From Deltaproteobacteria bacterium SG8_13 (lineage in GTDB: Bacteria > Desulfobacterota > Desulfobacteria > Desulfobacterales > SG8-13), in contig LJNK01000014.1 of assembly GCA_001303025.1 (NCBI GenBank), forward strand, positions 2,998 through 66,997: a DNA stretch of 64,000 nucleotides. Direction: 5' to 3'. Positions 1-9,914 of this stretch are shown in pieces. Below the pieces are notes generated by a model that had not been told where the DNA came from, searched no databases, and worked only from the letters and a program-made list of their open reading frames with translations. The first letter of the stretch is position 1. Each line of letters starts with the position of its first letter. The translations under genes were made by a program, and so were the position numbers.

Positions 1-4
1 GACC

Positions 5-1846
5 TTGGACGCCGAAGGCGCCTTTCCTTCACAGAAGCATTTCTCGCCCTATGCGGGTCGCAGCTTCCCAACCCAGGTTTATTGGGGTGACACCCACCTT
101 CACACCGGCATGTCGATGGATGCGGGTGCATTCGGAGCGCGGCTTCTACCGGAAGACGCCTATCGCTTTGCACGCGGCGAAGAACTCACCTCTTCGACAG
201 GTCTCAAAGTCAAACTCGATCGGCCGCTTGATTTTCTGGTGGTAGCCGACCACTCCGACAACATGGGATTTTTCCCGCGTCTGTACGAGGGTGATCCAGA
301 GTATCTTGCCGATTCGACCGGTAAGCGGTGGTACGAGATGATCCAGGCCGGGGGACAGGAAGGCGTCAAGGCCGCTGCTGAGATCATTGTGGCTTTCTCC
401 CAGGGCACCTTCCCGGAAAAGCTTCAATCGCTTCCCGGCAGTGCAGCCTACCGTTCTGCCTGGGAAGAGACCATCGAAGCGGCCGAAAAATACAACGATC
501 CGGGCCACTTTACCGCTTTCATCGGCTACGAGTGGACCTCCAACACGGGCGGCAACAACCTGCACCGGGTCGTAATATACCGTGACGGCGGCGAAAAGGC
601 CGGCCGCTTGGAACCCTACACAACTCTCAAGCCCTTGGGCAGCGACAACCCGCGCGATCTCTGGAAATGGTTGCAAGGATACCAGGACAAAACCGGCGGC
701 CAGGTGCTCGCCATTGGCCACAACGGCAACCTGAGCAACGGGATCATGTTTCCTGTTGTCGAGTCGTTCACCGGCAAGCAGGTCGATCTCGAGTATGCCC
801 GGACGCGGTCAAAGTGGGAGCCGCTGTACGAGGTCACACAGATCAAAGGCGACGGCGAGGCTCATCCGTTCCTGTCTCCGAACGACGAATTTGCCGACTA
901 CGAGACCTGGGATCAGGGGAATCTGGACCTGAGCGTTCCGAAGAAAAACGACATGCTGCGCTACGAGTATGCCCGCAGCGCGTTGCAAACCGGCCTGGAG
1001 CTCGAAAAAAGGCTCGGCATCAACCCTTACAAGTTCGGGATGATCGGCTCCACCGACAGCCACACGGCCCTGGCAACTGCCGGTGAGGACAATTTTTTCG
1101 GCAAACACTCGGGCGCCGAGCCGGGGCCGAAACGCTGGGAGCACCCCATGGCCCAGGTGGGTGACGCAAAATATGAGGGTTGGTCCATGGTCTCATCCGG
1201 ATATGCCGCTGTTTGGGCAAAGGAGAACACCCGTGCTGCGATCTTCGATGCGATGAAACGCAAGGAGACCTATGCCACCACCGGACCGCGCATGATCGTC
1301 CGTTTTTTCGGCGGCTGGGACTTCACCGACAAGGATGCACAGAATCGGCTTCCGGCTTATGCCGGCTACTCGAAGGGTGTCCCCATGGGCAGCGACTTGC
1401 CCCCGAATTCGGATGGCAAACAACCGACGTTCCTTGTTGCGGCCCTAAAAGATCCGCTCAGCGGCAACCTCGATCGAATCCAGATCGTCAAGGGCTGGCT
1501 GGGTGCCGACGGCAAGCCCCGCGAGAGGATTTTCAACGTCGCCTGGTCCGACGGTCGCAAGGCGGATGCGAAGGGCAAACTGCCGCCGGTGGGCAACACG
1601 GTGGACGTTGCCAACGCCACTTGGACCAACACGATCGGGGCAACCGAGTTGATTACCGTTTGGAAGGACCCGGATTTCGATCCATCGCTACGGGCCTTCT
1701 ATTACGCCCGCGTGATCGAGATTCCGACGCCGCGATGGACTGCCTACGAGGCGAAGCGCTATGGCATAAAAATGCCCTCGGAGGTGCCCATGGTTACCCA
1801 GGAGCGGGCCTACACCTCGCCGATCTGGCATACACCGAAAAAATAG
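5..1846 (+). CDS. DUF3604 family metal-dependent hydrolase-like protein (probably 5'-truncated by the window edge)
   Basis: 613-aa ORF with WGDTHLHT, DHSD, GYEWT, GHNGNLSNG, GSTDSHT and C-terminal ERAYTSPIW motifs typical of DUF3604 (PHP-like fold); no signal peptide or RBS visible, frame open at the window start. Confidence 0.85.
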   Translation: MDAEGAFPSQKHFSPYAGRSFPTQVYWGDTHLHTGMSMDAGAFGARLLPEDAYRFARGEELTSSTGLKVKLDRPLDFLVVADHSDNMGFFPRLYEGDPEYLADSTGKRWYEMIQAGGQEGVKAAAEIIVAFSQGTFPEKLQSLPGSAAYRSAWEETIEAAEKYNDPGHFTAFIGYEWTSNTGGNNLHRVVIYRDGGEKAGRLEPYTTLKPLGSDNPRDLWKWLQGYQDKTGGQVLAIGHNGNLSNGIMFPVVESFTGKQVDLEYARTRSKWEPLYEVTQIKGDGEAHPFLSPNDEFADYETWDQGNLDLSVPKKNDMLRYEYARSALQTGLELEKRLGINPYKFGMIGSTDSHTALATAGEDNFFGKHSGAEPGPKRWEHPMAQVGDAKYEGWSMVSSGYAAVWAKENTRAAIFDAMKRKETYATTGPRMIVRFFGGWDFTDKDAQNRLPAYAGYSKGVPMGSDLPPNSDGKQPTFLVAALKDPLSGNLDRIQIVKGWLGADGKPRERIFNVAWSDGRKADAKGKLPPVGNTVDVANATWTNTIGATELITVWKDPDFDPSLRAFYYARVIEIPTPRWTAYEAKRYGIKMPSEVPMVTQERAYTSPIWHTPKK

Positions 1847-1907
1847 TGTCGAATTTCGAACCCTACACATCGGAGCTTACTGCGGACGGTTGCCGGGTTA
1901 CGATCAC

Positions 1908-1926
1908 TGTACCCGAATTGTGCCCG
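1908..1926 (+). repeat. Tandem direct repeat TGTACCCG-aat-TGTGCCCG, putative integrase arm-type site
   Basis: Two 8-bp near-identical repeats about 130 bp upstream of a tRNA 3' remnant. Confidence 0.4.
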
Positions 1927-2049
1927 TCAAGGTCAAAATTTCCGAACGGTTCCAAACAAAACCGACCGTCGGACGCAAAAGTTGAATAGATTTAACTATT
2001 TGTAGTTACTAAATTTCTGAATTCTAAGATACCTGCTCTTCGTATCCGC

Positions 2050-2081
2050 AGGCCGCAGGTTCGAATCCTGCCGGCCGTACC
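2050..2081 (+). mobile_element. tRNA 3'-half remnant (T-arm plus acceptor strand), probable att site at a genomic island boundary
   Basis: GCAGG-TTCGAAT-CCTGC T-arm (2055-2071) followed by CGGCCGT-A-CC; no D-arm or matching 5' acceptor strand upstream. Confidence 0.7.
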
Positions 2082-2091
2082 CGTAAATGTA

Positions 2092-2129
2092 AAGGCTTAT
2101 CGATATGATCGGTAAGCCTTTTTTCTTTT
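2092..2129 (+). terminator. Rho-independent terminator-like hairpin after the tRNA remnant
   Basis: AAGGCTTATCGAT-atg-ATCGGTAAGCCTT stem followed by a T-rich run. Confidence 0.7.
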
Positions 2130-2248
2130 GGAAAGCGAAGTGATCAACAGAGGAAGCGCTGTCTATCGTTTTGCCAGAGTTGGTGTTTTCGGATCACGCT
2201 GCATCGCGCATGGCGCAAGTTGTCAGCCGTACCGGCCGGGATGTATGT

Positions 2249-3541
2249 TTACATTATCAATATTTGTCGAATGATTCCGGCCGCAGACCCGGCGGGAACC
2301 AGATAGTGGATCGGCAGGTGAAATTTTTGAAGCAGCACGAGCGATACGACCGTAGATGCCAATGTGAATGAATCGAGCACGCCGCTGGGCAAAATCACCT
2401 TATGCCCGAACCAGACCGCCAGATTGAGAACAACGCCCACCACGGCTGCGGTGATGCCGGTAAGTGCAGCCTGCAGCCGCTGGTTGCCGGCCATGGCTTC
2501 GACAAACGGAGCTCCGGCAAATATGAAAAAAAAGCAGGGCAGGAACGTCACGTAGGTGGTGATAGCAGCACCGAAAATGGCGGCTGTTAACGGATTCATC
2601 CCTCCCGGCAGATTCCAGGCCGCCAGAAAACCGGCATACTGGGTCACCATGATCAACGGGCCGGGGGTCGATTCGGCCAGGCCAAGGCCGACCAGCATCT
2701 GCTGGGTGGAAAGCCATCCACTGGAAACTGCAAAGTCCGTTATGTAGCTCAGCACCGCATAGGCGCCGCCAAAGGTGACAAAGGCAGCCTTGGTGAAGAA
2801 CAAGCCAATTTGCGTCAGCGTATCGCCATAGCCCAAACCGATCCATAGGAGACCGACCGGAATTGCCCATAAGACGAGGCAGACGCCAAAGATCTTCAAG
2901 ACATGCGCAACCGAAGGTTGAACATCATTCTTTGCGGCCGATTGATCCGACTCGATCTGACATTCACGGGTTTGCGGGTCAAAATCGCCGATGCAAAAAA
3001 CATGCGGCAACCAGCGCTGTAAAAACAATCCACTCATCGCTGCTGTGGCGATGATGACGGGAAAAGGGACTTTGAAAAAATAGATGGTTACAAACGCAAG
3101 AGCCGCGAAGGCATACAGGATGTGATGTTTGAGCGCCTTCTTCCCGATGCGCAGCACCGCTTCGATAACCACGGCCACCACCACCGGCTGGATGCCGTAA
3201 AAGGCAGCCGCCACCGCAGGTACATCAATATGGGCCACGGCCAGGTAGCTGAGCAGCAACATGATAAAGACCGACGGTATCACGAACAGGCTGCCGGCAG
3301 CGATGCCGCCGACGGTGCCATGGAGCCGCCAGCCGATGTAGGTTGCCAGCTGCTGGGCTTCGGGGCCGGGCAGCAACATGCAAAAGTTTAGCGCCCTGAG
3401 AAACTGGTTTTCACCGATCCACTTCCGACGTTCGACCACCTCCTGGTGCATGATGGCAATCTGACCGGCCGGTCCGCCGAAGCTGATAAATCCCAGCTTG
3501 GTCCAGAATTTCAGCGCATCTGTGAAAGTTGTTTCCTGCAT
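2249..3541 (-). CDS. chrA: Chromate efflux transporter ChrA (long-chain CHR family)
   Basis: 430 aa; KLGFISFGGPAGQIA, LPGPEAQQLA and second-half FGGAY / ESTPGPL motifs; RBS AAGGA. Confidence 0.93.
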   Translation of the reverse strand: MQETTFTDALKFWTKLGFISFGGPAGQIAIMHQEVVERRKWIGENQFLRALNFCMLLPGPEAQQLATYIGWRLHGTVGGIAAGSLFVIPSVFIMLLLSYLAVAHIDVPAVAAAFYGIQPVVVAVVIEAVLRIGKKALKHHILYAFAALAFVTIYFFKVPFPVIIATAAMSGLFLQRWLPHVFCIGDFDPQTRECQIESDQSAAKNDVQPSVAHVLKIFGVCLVLWAIPVGLLWIGLGYGDTLTQIGLFFTKAAFVTFGGAYAVLSYITDFAVSSGWLSTQQMLVGLGLAESTPGPLIMVTQYAGFLAAWNLPGGMNPLTAAIFGAAITTYVTFLPCFFFIFAGAPFVEAMAGNQRLQAALTGITAAVVGVVLNLAVWFGHKVILPSGVLDSFTLASTVVSLVLLQKFHLPIHYLVPAGSAAGIIRQILIM

Positions 3542-3558
3542 GGATTTCTTCCTTATGA

Positions 3559-4803
3559 TTAAACGGTAGAGACGTCCCGGCCAAATATCCAGAACCCCAT
3601 GGTGCCGATGACGCCGAAAACGAATGCGGTTACCAGGTTCGTTTCCGGGCTGATTTGCCAGAGAAACGCACCGCCAAGCGCGGCAACGGAGACAAACACG
3701 TCGCGGATCAGGTAGTAAAGCCCGAACATGCCTGCTTTGCAGCTATCCGGGGAAAGGTCCATGATCAGCGCCTTGCGGGTGGGTTCGCCAAACTCTTTGA
3801 GCCCCCGCAGGATGAACGCCAAGATCAACCATTGAAGCGACTGGCTGAAAAGCAGCACCAGGGGAAACAAAGAGAAAAAGAAAAAGGTGACCACGACAAA
3901 CGGCTTTTTGGTGCTGCGATCCGCCAGGTACGCCACCGGGATATAGACCAGCACCGCCGTGGTCATCTCTATTGTGGTCAGTGCACCAAATTGCAGCGCG
4001 GTTACCGGCTCGGCGATGGTTTTCATGCACCAGATTACCACGAAAGCGTAGGGGATCTGCTCGCAGAACCGGACGAGAATGTCGGTTACCAGCAGACCCT
4101 TCATCGACGGGTTCATCAACTTGAACAGTTTCAGGGGGTTTTTTTCCGGTGCCGGCTTTTCGGGGTTTGCGGGATTTGCCACCGGCGCCGTGTCGGCTTC
4201 AATCATCCGCTGCTGCATGAATAGCGCGACGGTTGCCATAAAAAGGGCCGCCGCGAAAGCCAGCCTGACCCCATCGCGCTCTCCCCATATACCGATGAAG
4301 ACCCCACCGACCACAGGGCCGAGGGCCATGGGAATACGGCGAACCAGCGAGTGCATGCTGACTCCCATGGTGCGCTTGTTTTGGGGCAGCACCTTGTATA
4401 TCAGGCTCATGGTGGCCGGCAGGGAGATGGCCGACCAGGAGATAAAGAGCACGGCTCCGACCAGCACCGCCTGCCAGGTGGGAACGATGATCACGAGGGC
4501 AAAGCCGCACATGGCCACCAGGTTGAACAGGATGAGCGATTTTTTCGTGCCGATTTTATCCGACAGGTACCCTCCCGGAAATGAATAGAGGGCCGAAAGA
4601 AAGTTGTCCATGGCCTGCAGCAGACCGATGGCCAGGGCTCCGCCTCCCAGAGCCAGCATGTAAATGGGCAGAAAGCGCTCGGCCATCCGTTCTCCCATGC
4701 CCACCAGCACCACCATGGCCAGCACACCGGAGGTGCTTCGCCGCAGCCCAAGAAAACCGGTTAACCGCGAAGCATGGGATTTTACGGATTTTAAGGTGTC
4801 CAC
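3559..4803 (-). CDS. MFS transporter
   Basis: About 12 hydrophobic segments; GGYLSDKIG and AYLADRST loop motifs; GTG at 4803 with AAGGAA RBS preferred over 4848. Confidence 0.88.
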   Translation of the reverse strand: MDTLKSVKSHASRLTGFLGLRRSTSGVLAMVVLVGMGERMAERFLPIYMLALGGGALAIGLLQAMDNFLSALYSFPGGYLSDKIGTKKSLILFNLVAMCGFALVIIVPTWQAVLVGAVLFISWSAISLPATMSLIYKVLPQNKRTMGVSMHSLVRRIPMALGPVVGGVFIGIWGERDGVRLAFAAALFMATVALFMQQRMIEADTAPVANPANPEKPAPEKNPLKLFKLMNPSMKGLLVTDILVRFCEQIPYAFVVIWCMKTIAEPVTALQFGALTTIEMTTAVLVYIPVAYLADRSTKKPFVVVTFFFFSLFPLVLLFSQSLQWLILAFILRGLKEFGEPTRKALIMDLSPDSCKAGMFGLYYLIRDVFVSVAALGGAFLWQISPETNLVTAFVFGVIGTMGFWIFGRDVSTV

Positions 4804-4814
4804 GGGGCATTCCT

Positions 4815-5077
4815 TTACGCTTCGATTTTCACACTTGCCAGCCGACACCGTGTATAGGGGACGTCGCAGACTTCGAACCGACTTTCGATATGCTCCAAAT
4901 CGTCCGGATAGCGAAACATGCAGCCGACGGCGGTGGCCTCCAAACCGGATGCCGGCGGCTATGCATCCAGGTTGCCCGTGTCTGCCGCGTTGGTCACGCT
5001 GGTCATTGCCGGCAGGCCGTACCCGTTAGCTTTTCATCTTCTACCGTCGGCTCAAAGATACATCGATTGTCGCGGTG
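4815..5077 (-). pseudogene. chrB: Decayed chromate-resistance regulator ChrB (C-terminal domain), with frameshift and internal stop
   Basis: Hand translation: HRDNRCIFEPTVEDEKLT in one frame, then YGLPAMTSVTNAADTGNLDA*PPASGLEATAVGCMFRYPDDLEHIESRFEVCDVPYTRCR in another. This matches the ChrB pattern H-RC-F...ADT...GL-A...Y-DDLE...D-Y-WCR. It lies directly upstream of MFS-chrA. Confidence 0.65.
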
Positions 5078-5670
5078 TTGCCGGCCGGACCCCACCGGCT
5101 GCCATCTCCGCCAAATTTTTATCCTGAGGGCATTGGATTCGGGGAGACCCGGTGAATCGGCTCCAGCCAGCTCTTACGGGTGTTTGCTGTTATTTATTTC
5201 TCAATGAAGTTGTCGCACCCATATTGTATCAACCGTTTCATTATAGCAATGCTGTCTTTGTCCCCTTATTGTCCGGCGGTTTACCAGCCTCGACAGTGCC
5301 ATGTTGAGACCAGGGAAAGCGTGCTGTAGCTTATGGATAATAATTATATTCTGAGAAACAATATTCATGTGTATGCGGAAATGGAAAAACAGCCCGATTC
5401 GGTTACCGCCCGGCAGCGACAGAACCAGATGCTTTCATAGCCCAGAGACCCTGGTTTCCGGATCACACCCCAACGGCTGGCGGTGTTGAAAGTGCTGGCG
5501 GTCAGGGAAGACAACGTCCGGTAAGTTGAAAAGCCGGCGGAACCTGTTATAAATGCCTCGGCGATTCCTCCCGCCCACTGTTACTTTGTAAAGAGAAAAA
5601 AATTTCCTGGCGCGTCAGCCGGTGTATGCAAGCGTTTCCGAAACAGCCGCAGGATGGTTTGCGTTTTCCC

Positions 5671-5699
5671 TTGACACGTTCAACTCTGTTGAATATAGT
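5671..5699 (+). promoter_or_regulatory. sigma70 promoter of the IclR gene with an overlapping palindromic operator
   Basis: TTGACA-17 nt-TATAGT; the spacer contains TTCAAC-TCT-GTTGAA (5679-5693); second palindrome TTTCAT-TCT-ATGAAA at 5711-5725. Confidence 0.7.
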
Positions 5700-5739
5700 T
5701 TGTGTATGGTTTTCATTCTATGAAACACCTTTCAAATCC

Positions 5740-6510
5740 ATGAAATCTACATCGACCCACCAATCGCTCAAGCGAGGACTGCAGATCGTCGAAACTGTGG
5801 CCGTCATGTCCGAACCGCCGACGTTGTCGGCGATTGCCCGCAAGACCAACTTGAACCGCAGTACGACCCACCACATCCTGAAGGCGCTGGTAGAGTTCGG
5901 GTACCTGGTTCAGGCTCCCGAAACGCTGACCTACTCCCTGTCATCGAAGCTCTACCGGATCACCAAGCGGACCTGGACAACAGAGCAACTGGCAGAGATT
6001 GCCGCCTCTTATCTCGAGGAGCTGGGGAAAGTGACCGGTGAAGGCACGAGCCTGGCGGTTTTCCGGGATGGGCAGGTGATTGTCGCGGCCAAGCGGGAGC
6101 AGGAAGGCCCGTTGCGGGTGGTGCAGCGGATTGGCGAATCGAGGCCGGTTCACTGCACCGCGGTTGGCAAAGTGCTGGCGGCTGGGTTGACGGACCAGGA
6201 GTTGGAGGAGCTCATCGCACGAACCGACTTTACAAGAAAGACGCCAAAAACGATAACCTCACCGGCCGTCTTTCGCAAGGAGATGTCCAGGGTCAGAGAG
6301 AAGGGCATTGCCTACGATTACGAAGAGCATATCAAAGGCGTTCGCTGTCTTGCCGCGCCTGTCAGAGATTATTCAGGGCAGACACGGGCAGCCCTTTGTG
6401 TGCTAGGCCCCAAAGACAACCTGTCGGCGAAACGCCTCAGCAAACTGCAACACGACCTGATCAGCTCAGCAGCCGCGCTGTCGGCGCGGCTGGGATACAA
6501 GCCTCGGTAA
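5740..6510 (+). CDS. IclR family transcriptional regulator
   Basis: N-terminal HTH (QSLKRGLQIV...LNRSTTHHIL) and C-terminal HCTAVGKVL / GVRCLAAPV; ATG 5740 lies downstream of the promoter. Confidence 0.92.
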   Translation: MKSTSTHQSLKRGLQIVETVAVMSEPPTLSAIARKTNLNRSTTHHILKALVEFGYLVQAPETLTYSLSSKLYRITKRTWTTEQLAEIAASYLEELGKVTGEGTSLAVFRDGQVIVAAKREQEGPLRVVQRIGESRPVHCTAVGKVLAAGLTDQELEELIARTDFTRKTPKTITSPAVFRKEMSRVREKGIAYDYEEHIKGVRCLAAPVRDYSGQTRAALCVLGPKDNLSAKRLSKLQHDLISSAAALSARLGYKPR

Positions 6511-6863
6511 GTTTTGGGGTATTGTTCGAAACACAGGAAGTCCTGCAACAGTTTAGATGTACGGTAAATCGCCGGCCCGGAAAGGAGGGTTGGAGCCGGC
6601 GCAATGACTGGATGAACCACTCGGAAGCGGTGCAGCAGCGGCCAGAGCCGTGTGACCGATCGCCGGTCACTGTCAACGGCTGCAACTGCCGAGGCGACTC
6701 GCGGGTGCGAAAGTCTCGAGAAGGTCACGGCGGGGGACAAGAGGCGGCCGTAGGCTGCCGGAACGGTTCGGTTACACCCAGCGCAGGCGGTGGCGCCCGG
6801 GGCGGAAGGTCGGTGTACAACAAACTTACATCATTTCGATGCGTGGAGAAGGAGGCTTTTATC

Positions 6864-7859
6864 ATGAAGAATACCAGAAGAGTAATCGTGTTGGCCACAG
6901 TGGTGGCCCTGGCGTTGCTGCTTGTCTGCTCACCGGCAATGGCCAAAGCAAAATATACCTTGAAGTTTAACCATGTACTGTCGCCGAAGGACCCGTTCCA
7001 CGCTGGTTTCAAAAAGTGGGCCGAGGCCGTCGAGAAGAGGACCAACGGCGATCTGGAAGTTCAGGTTTTCCACAGCGCCCAGCTGGGGGTGGAAGAAGAC
7101 ATCATCGAGCAGATTCGTGCCGGTGCGAACCTGGGCCAAAATACCGACTCGGCCAGAATGGGCAACTATGTGCCCGAAATTGCCGTCATGAACGGTCCCT
7201 ATTTCGTCAGCGACTATAACGACGTGTTCAAGCTGGGCAACCTGCCGACAGTCAAAGCCTGGAAAGCCAGACTGGAAAATGAGTTCGGTATCAAAATTCT
7301 ATCATTTTACTGGGTCCAGGGTTTCCGCCACATGGTCACCAGCAAACCGATCCGCAAGCCCGAGGACCTGAACGGCATGCGCATCCGGACACCCGGTGCC
7401 CCGATCTGGCAGGAGTCGATCCGTTCGATCGGCGCCACTCCGGTGGCCATGGCCTTCGGCGAGATCTATCCGGCCATGCAGCAAAAGGTGATCGACGGCT
7501 GTGACAATGTTTACAACGCCACTTATGCCGGCAAACTCTACGAGGTCGCCACGCACTTCAGCGAAACGGCCCACATCCTGCTGATCAATTTTGAGATTGT
7601 CAGCGCCAAATGGTTCAACAGCCTGCCGCCCGCATACCAGAAAATTCTGGAAGAGGAAATGGAGAAGGCGGCCATCGAGACTTCCCGGCTGGTAATGGAC
7701 GTCAAGTCGGCTGAATCAAAGGAGAATTTGAAGAAGAAGGGGATGGTTATCGTAGAAGACGTCGACCTGGATGCCTTCCGGAAAGCCGGAATGAAAGCCT
7801 ACGAGGTACTGGGCATCTCCGACGCTCTCAAGCAGGTTCACAAGGAACTGGGGAAGTAG
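6864..7859 (+). CDS. dctP: TRAP transporter substrate-binding protein DctP
   Basis: Signal peptide, GMRIRTP motif, GEIYPAMQQKVIDG; RBS GGAGG before ATG 6864. Confidence 0.92.
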   Translation: MKNTRRVIVLATVVALALLLVCSPAMAKAKYTLKFNHVLSPKDPFHAGFKKWAEAVEKRTNGDLEVQVFHSAQLGVEEDIIEQIRAGANLGQNTDSARMGNYVPEIAVMNGPYFVSDYNDVFKLGNLPTVKAWKARLENEFGIKILSFYWVQGFRHMVTSKPIRKPEDLNGMRIRTPGAPIWQESIRSIGATPVAMAFGEIYPAMQQKVIDGCDNVYNATYAGKLYEVATHFSETAHILLINFEIVSAKWFNSLPPAYQKILEEEMEKAAIETSRLVMDVKSAESKENLKKKGMVIVEDVDLDAFRKAGMKAYEVLGISDALKQVHKELGK

Positions 7860-7985
7860 TCCGCTGCCGAAAAAGGAGAGTTTTATTTCGACGGAAGTCG
7901 GATGCCGCAAATCCATGTCTTCGCCGGGTGGCAGTCTACGGTGTCGACTGCGGCCGAACGGTAGACGGGCTGCACAGGTGATCTG

Positions 7986-8468
7986 ATGAAAAAGCTTTAT
8001 GAGTATCTATGTCTCGGGGAATTGTTCCTGGTGAAAGTGGCGTTTGTTTCCCTGGTGTTCCTGGTTTTTATCGCCGCTTTTACCCGCTACATCGGGTATC
8101 CGATCAACTGGTCGGTGGACATGGCCCAGTGTCTGTTTGCCTGGTGCACCTTTATCGCCGCCGATATCGCCATGCGAAGCAACAAACTCATGAGGGTCGA
8201 TTTTTTCGTCGCCAAATTGCCCGAGCGATACAGAAACCAGATCGAACTGGTGAACCTGATCATCATTCTGGCGTTTCTGCTGGCGCTGATCGGCTATGGT
8301 TCCCATCTCAGCTACACGACGCGGTTCAGAACCTTTCAGGGTATTCCCGGTTTCAGCTACACCTGGGTGACGCTCAGCGTACCGGTGGGCGGGTTGTTGA
8401 TGTCCATTACCACTGCGCTGAACATCAGGGCGATTTTTCGTAAAATCCGGGAAGTGAGCTCGGCGTAA
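7986..8468 (+). CDS. dctQ: TRAP transporter small permease DctQ
   Basis: 160 aa, 4 TM segments, lies between dctP and dctM. Confidence 0.88.
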   Translation: MKKLYEYLCLGELFLVKVAFVSLVFLVFIAAFTRYIGYPINWSVDMAQCLFAWCTFIAADIAMRSNKLMRVDFFVAKLPERYRNQIELVNLIIILAFLLALIGYGSHLSYTTRFRTFQGIPGFSYTWVTLSVPVGGLLMSITTALNIRAIFRKIREVSSA

Positions 8469-8513
8469 GACCGCCCGATAATACCGGAAGGCCTGAACAA
8501 AAGAGGGGGAACA

Positions 8514-9797
8514 GTGCTGCTGGTGGTTATATTGTTCATTGTTTTTCTGATAATGGGTATGCCGATTGCCTTTGCCATCGGAATATCCGGCGCCACTTTC
8601 TTTCTACAGTATACGGACTCGCTGCCGTTTACGATGACGGTCCAGTTGGCCATTTCCCAGACCCAGAACTTTCCGCTTCTGGCGATTCCGCTGTTTATCT
8701 TTTCGGCCAACCTGATGAACGAGACCGGTCTGACCCAGCGGCTCATCAATCTGGCATCGGTGCTCACGGGCCACATGCGCGGCGGCCTGGCGCAGGTCAG
8801 CGTGGTTCTCAGTGCCATGATGGGCGGAGTGTCCGGATCGGCCATCGCCGATGCGGCCATGGAAGCTAGAATCCTGGGACCGGAGATGGTCAACGACGGA
8901 TATTCCAAAGGATATGCTGCCTCGGTTCTGACCATTCCGTCCAACATCACCGCCATCATTCCGCCGAGCATCGGTCTCATCCTTTATGGTACCATCGGTG
9001 AGGTGTCCATCGGACGGCTGTTTGCGGCCGGTTTGCCGGTAGGCGTGCTGATGGTGTTCGCCCTGATGGGTGCCGTATCGATCACATCCAAAAAGAAGGG
9101 CTATCTGGCCAAAAGAAAACGGGCCTCGATCAAAGAGGTCGTCACCGCCTTTATCGACAGCATATGGGCTTTTTTGTTCCCCGTGCTTCTGATCGGCGGC
9201 ATCCGGTTCGGCTTTTTCACCCCGGCCGAGGCCGGTGCGTTTGCGGCCGTGTATGCTATCGGCATCGGGGTGTTTTTCTACAGGGAGCTGACGTGGGAAA
9301 AGTTCAAAAACACCCTGGTCTTCACCATTCTTGATATCGGCGCGATCATGTTCATTATCGCCATGTCCGGTATTTTCGGCTATGGCCTGGCTTACGAGCA
9401 GATGGGCGACCTGTTCGCCGAAGCGATGCTCGGCATATCCGAAAACCCGCATGTGGTGCTGCTGCTGATCCTTTCCGCCCTGCTGGTTTTGGGCATGTTT
9501 ATCGAGAGCGTGGTGATCATCCTGCTGTTTACTTCCGTGTTGCTGCCGATGGTCGACCAGGTCGGGGTCGATCCGGTCCATTTCGGTTTGATCATGATGC
9601 TCATGGTCACCCTCGGGCTGGTAACCCCGCCGGTCGGGGTGTCGATGTACACGGTCTGTAGCATATTGGAATGCCCGCTGGAGAAGTATATCCGGGCGAG
9701 CATTCCGTTCATCGTCACCATCATTCTGGTGGATATACTGATCATCTTTGTTCCGGAGATCGCCCTTTTCCTGCCGAATCTGATATTCGGCAAGTGA
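8514..9797 (+). CDS. dctM: TRAP transporter large permease DctM
   Basis: AIPLFI, GGVSGSAIADAA, IIPPSI and GLVTPPVG motifs. Confidence 0.93.
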   Translation: MLLVVILFIVFLIMGMPIAFAIGISGATFFLQYTDSLPFTMTVQLAISQTQNFPLLAIPLFIFSANLMNETGLTQRLINLASVLTGHMRGGLAQVSVVLSAMMGGVSGSAIADAAMEARILGPEMVNDGYSKGYAASVLTIPSNITAIIPPSIGLILYGTIGEVSIGRLFAAGLPVGVLMVFALMGAVSITSKKKGYLAKRKRASIKEVVTAFIDSIWAFLFPVLLIGGIRFGFFTPAEAGAFAAVYAIGIGVFFYRELTWEKFKNTLVFTILDIGAIMFIIAMSGIFGYGLAYEQMGDLFAEAMLGISENPHVVLLLILSALLVLGMFIESVVIILLFTSVLLPMVDQVGVDPVHFGLIMMLMVTLGLVTPPVGVSMYTVCSILECPLEKYIRASIPFIVTIILVDILIIFVPEIALFLPNLIFGK

Positions 9798-9914
9798 CCG
9801 ATGTCCGGACGAAACCATCCGGCCGGCGCATTTGTTCGGAGGCAGCTTCAACGGGAGGGGAGGAATCTTTCCCGTTTAAAATGATATGGCCGGAAAGCGG
9901 ATTCGGGTGGTGTT

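Noticed and set aside
2030-2081. Complete tRNA gene
   Set aside because: Only the T-arm and 3' acceptor strand are present; there is no D-arm or complementary 5' strand
4959-4961. In-frame TAG in the chrB-like segment as pyrrolysine recoding
   Set aside because: The segment also has a frameshift and no clear start, ChrB is not a known Pyl protein, and no pyl genes are visible; pseudogenisation is simpler
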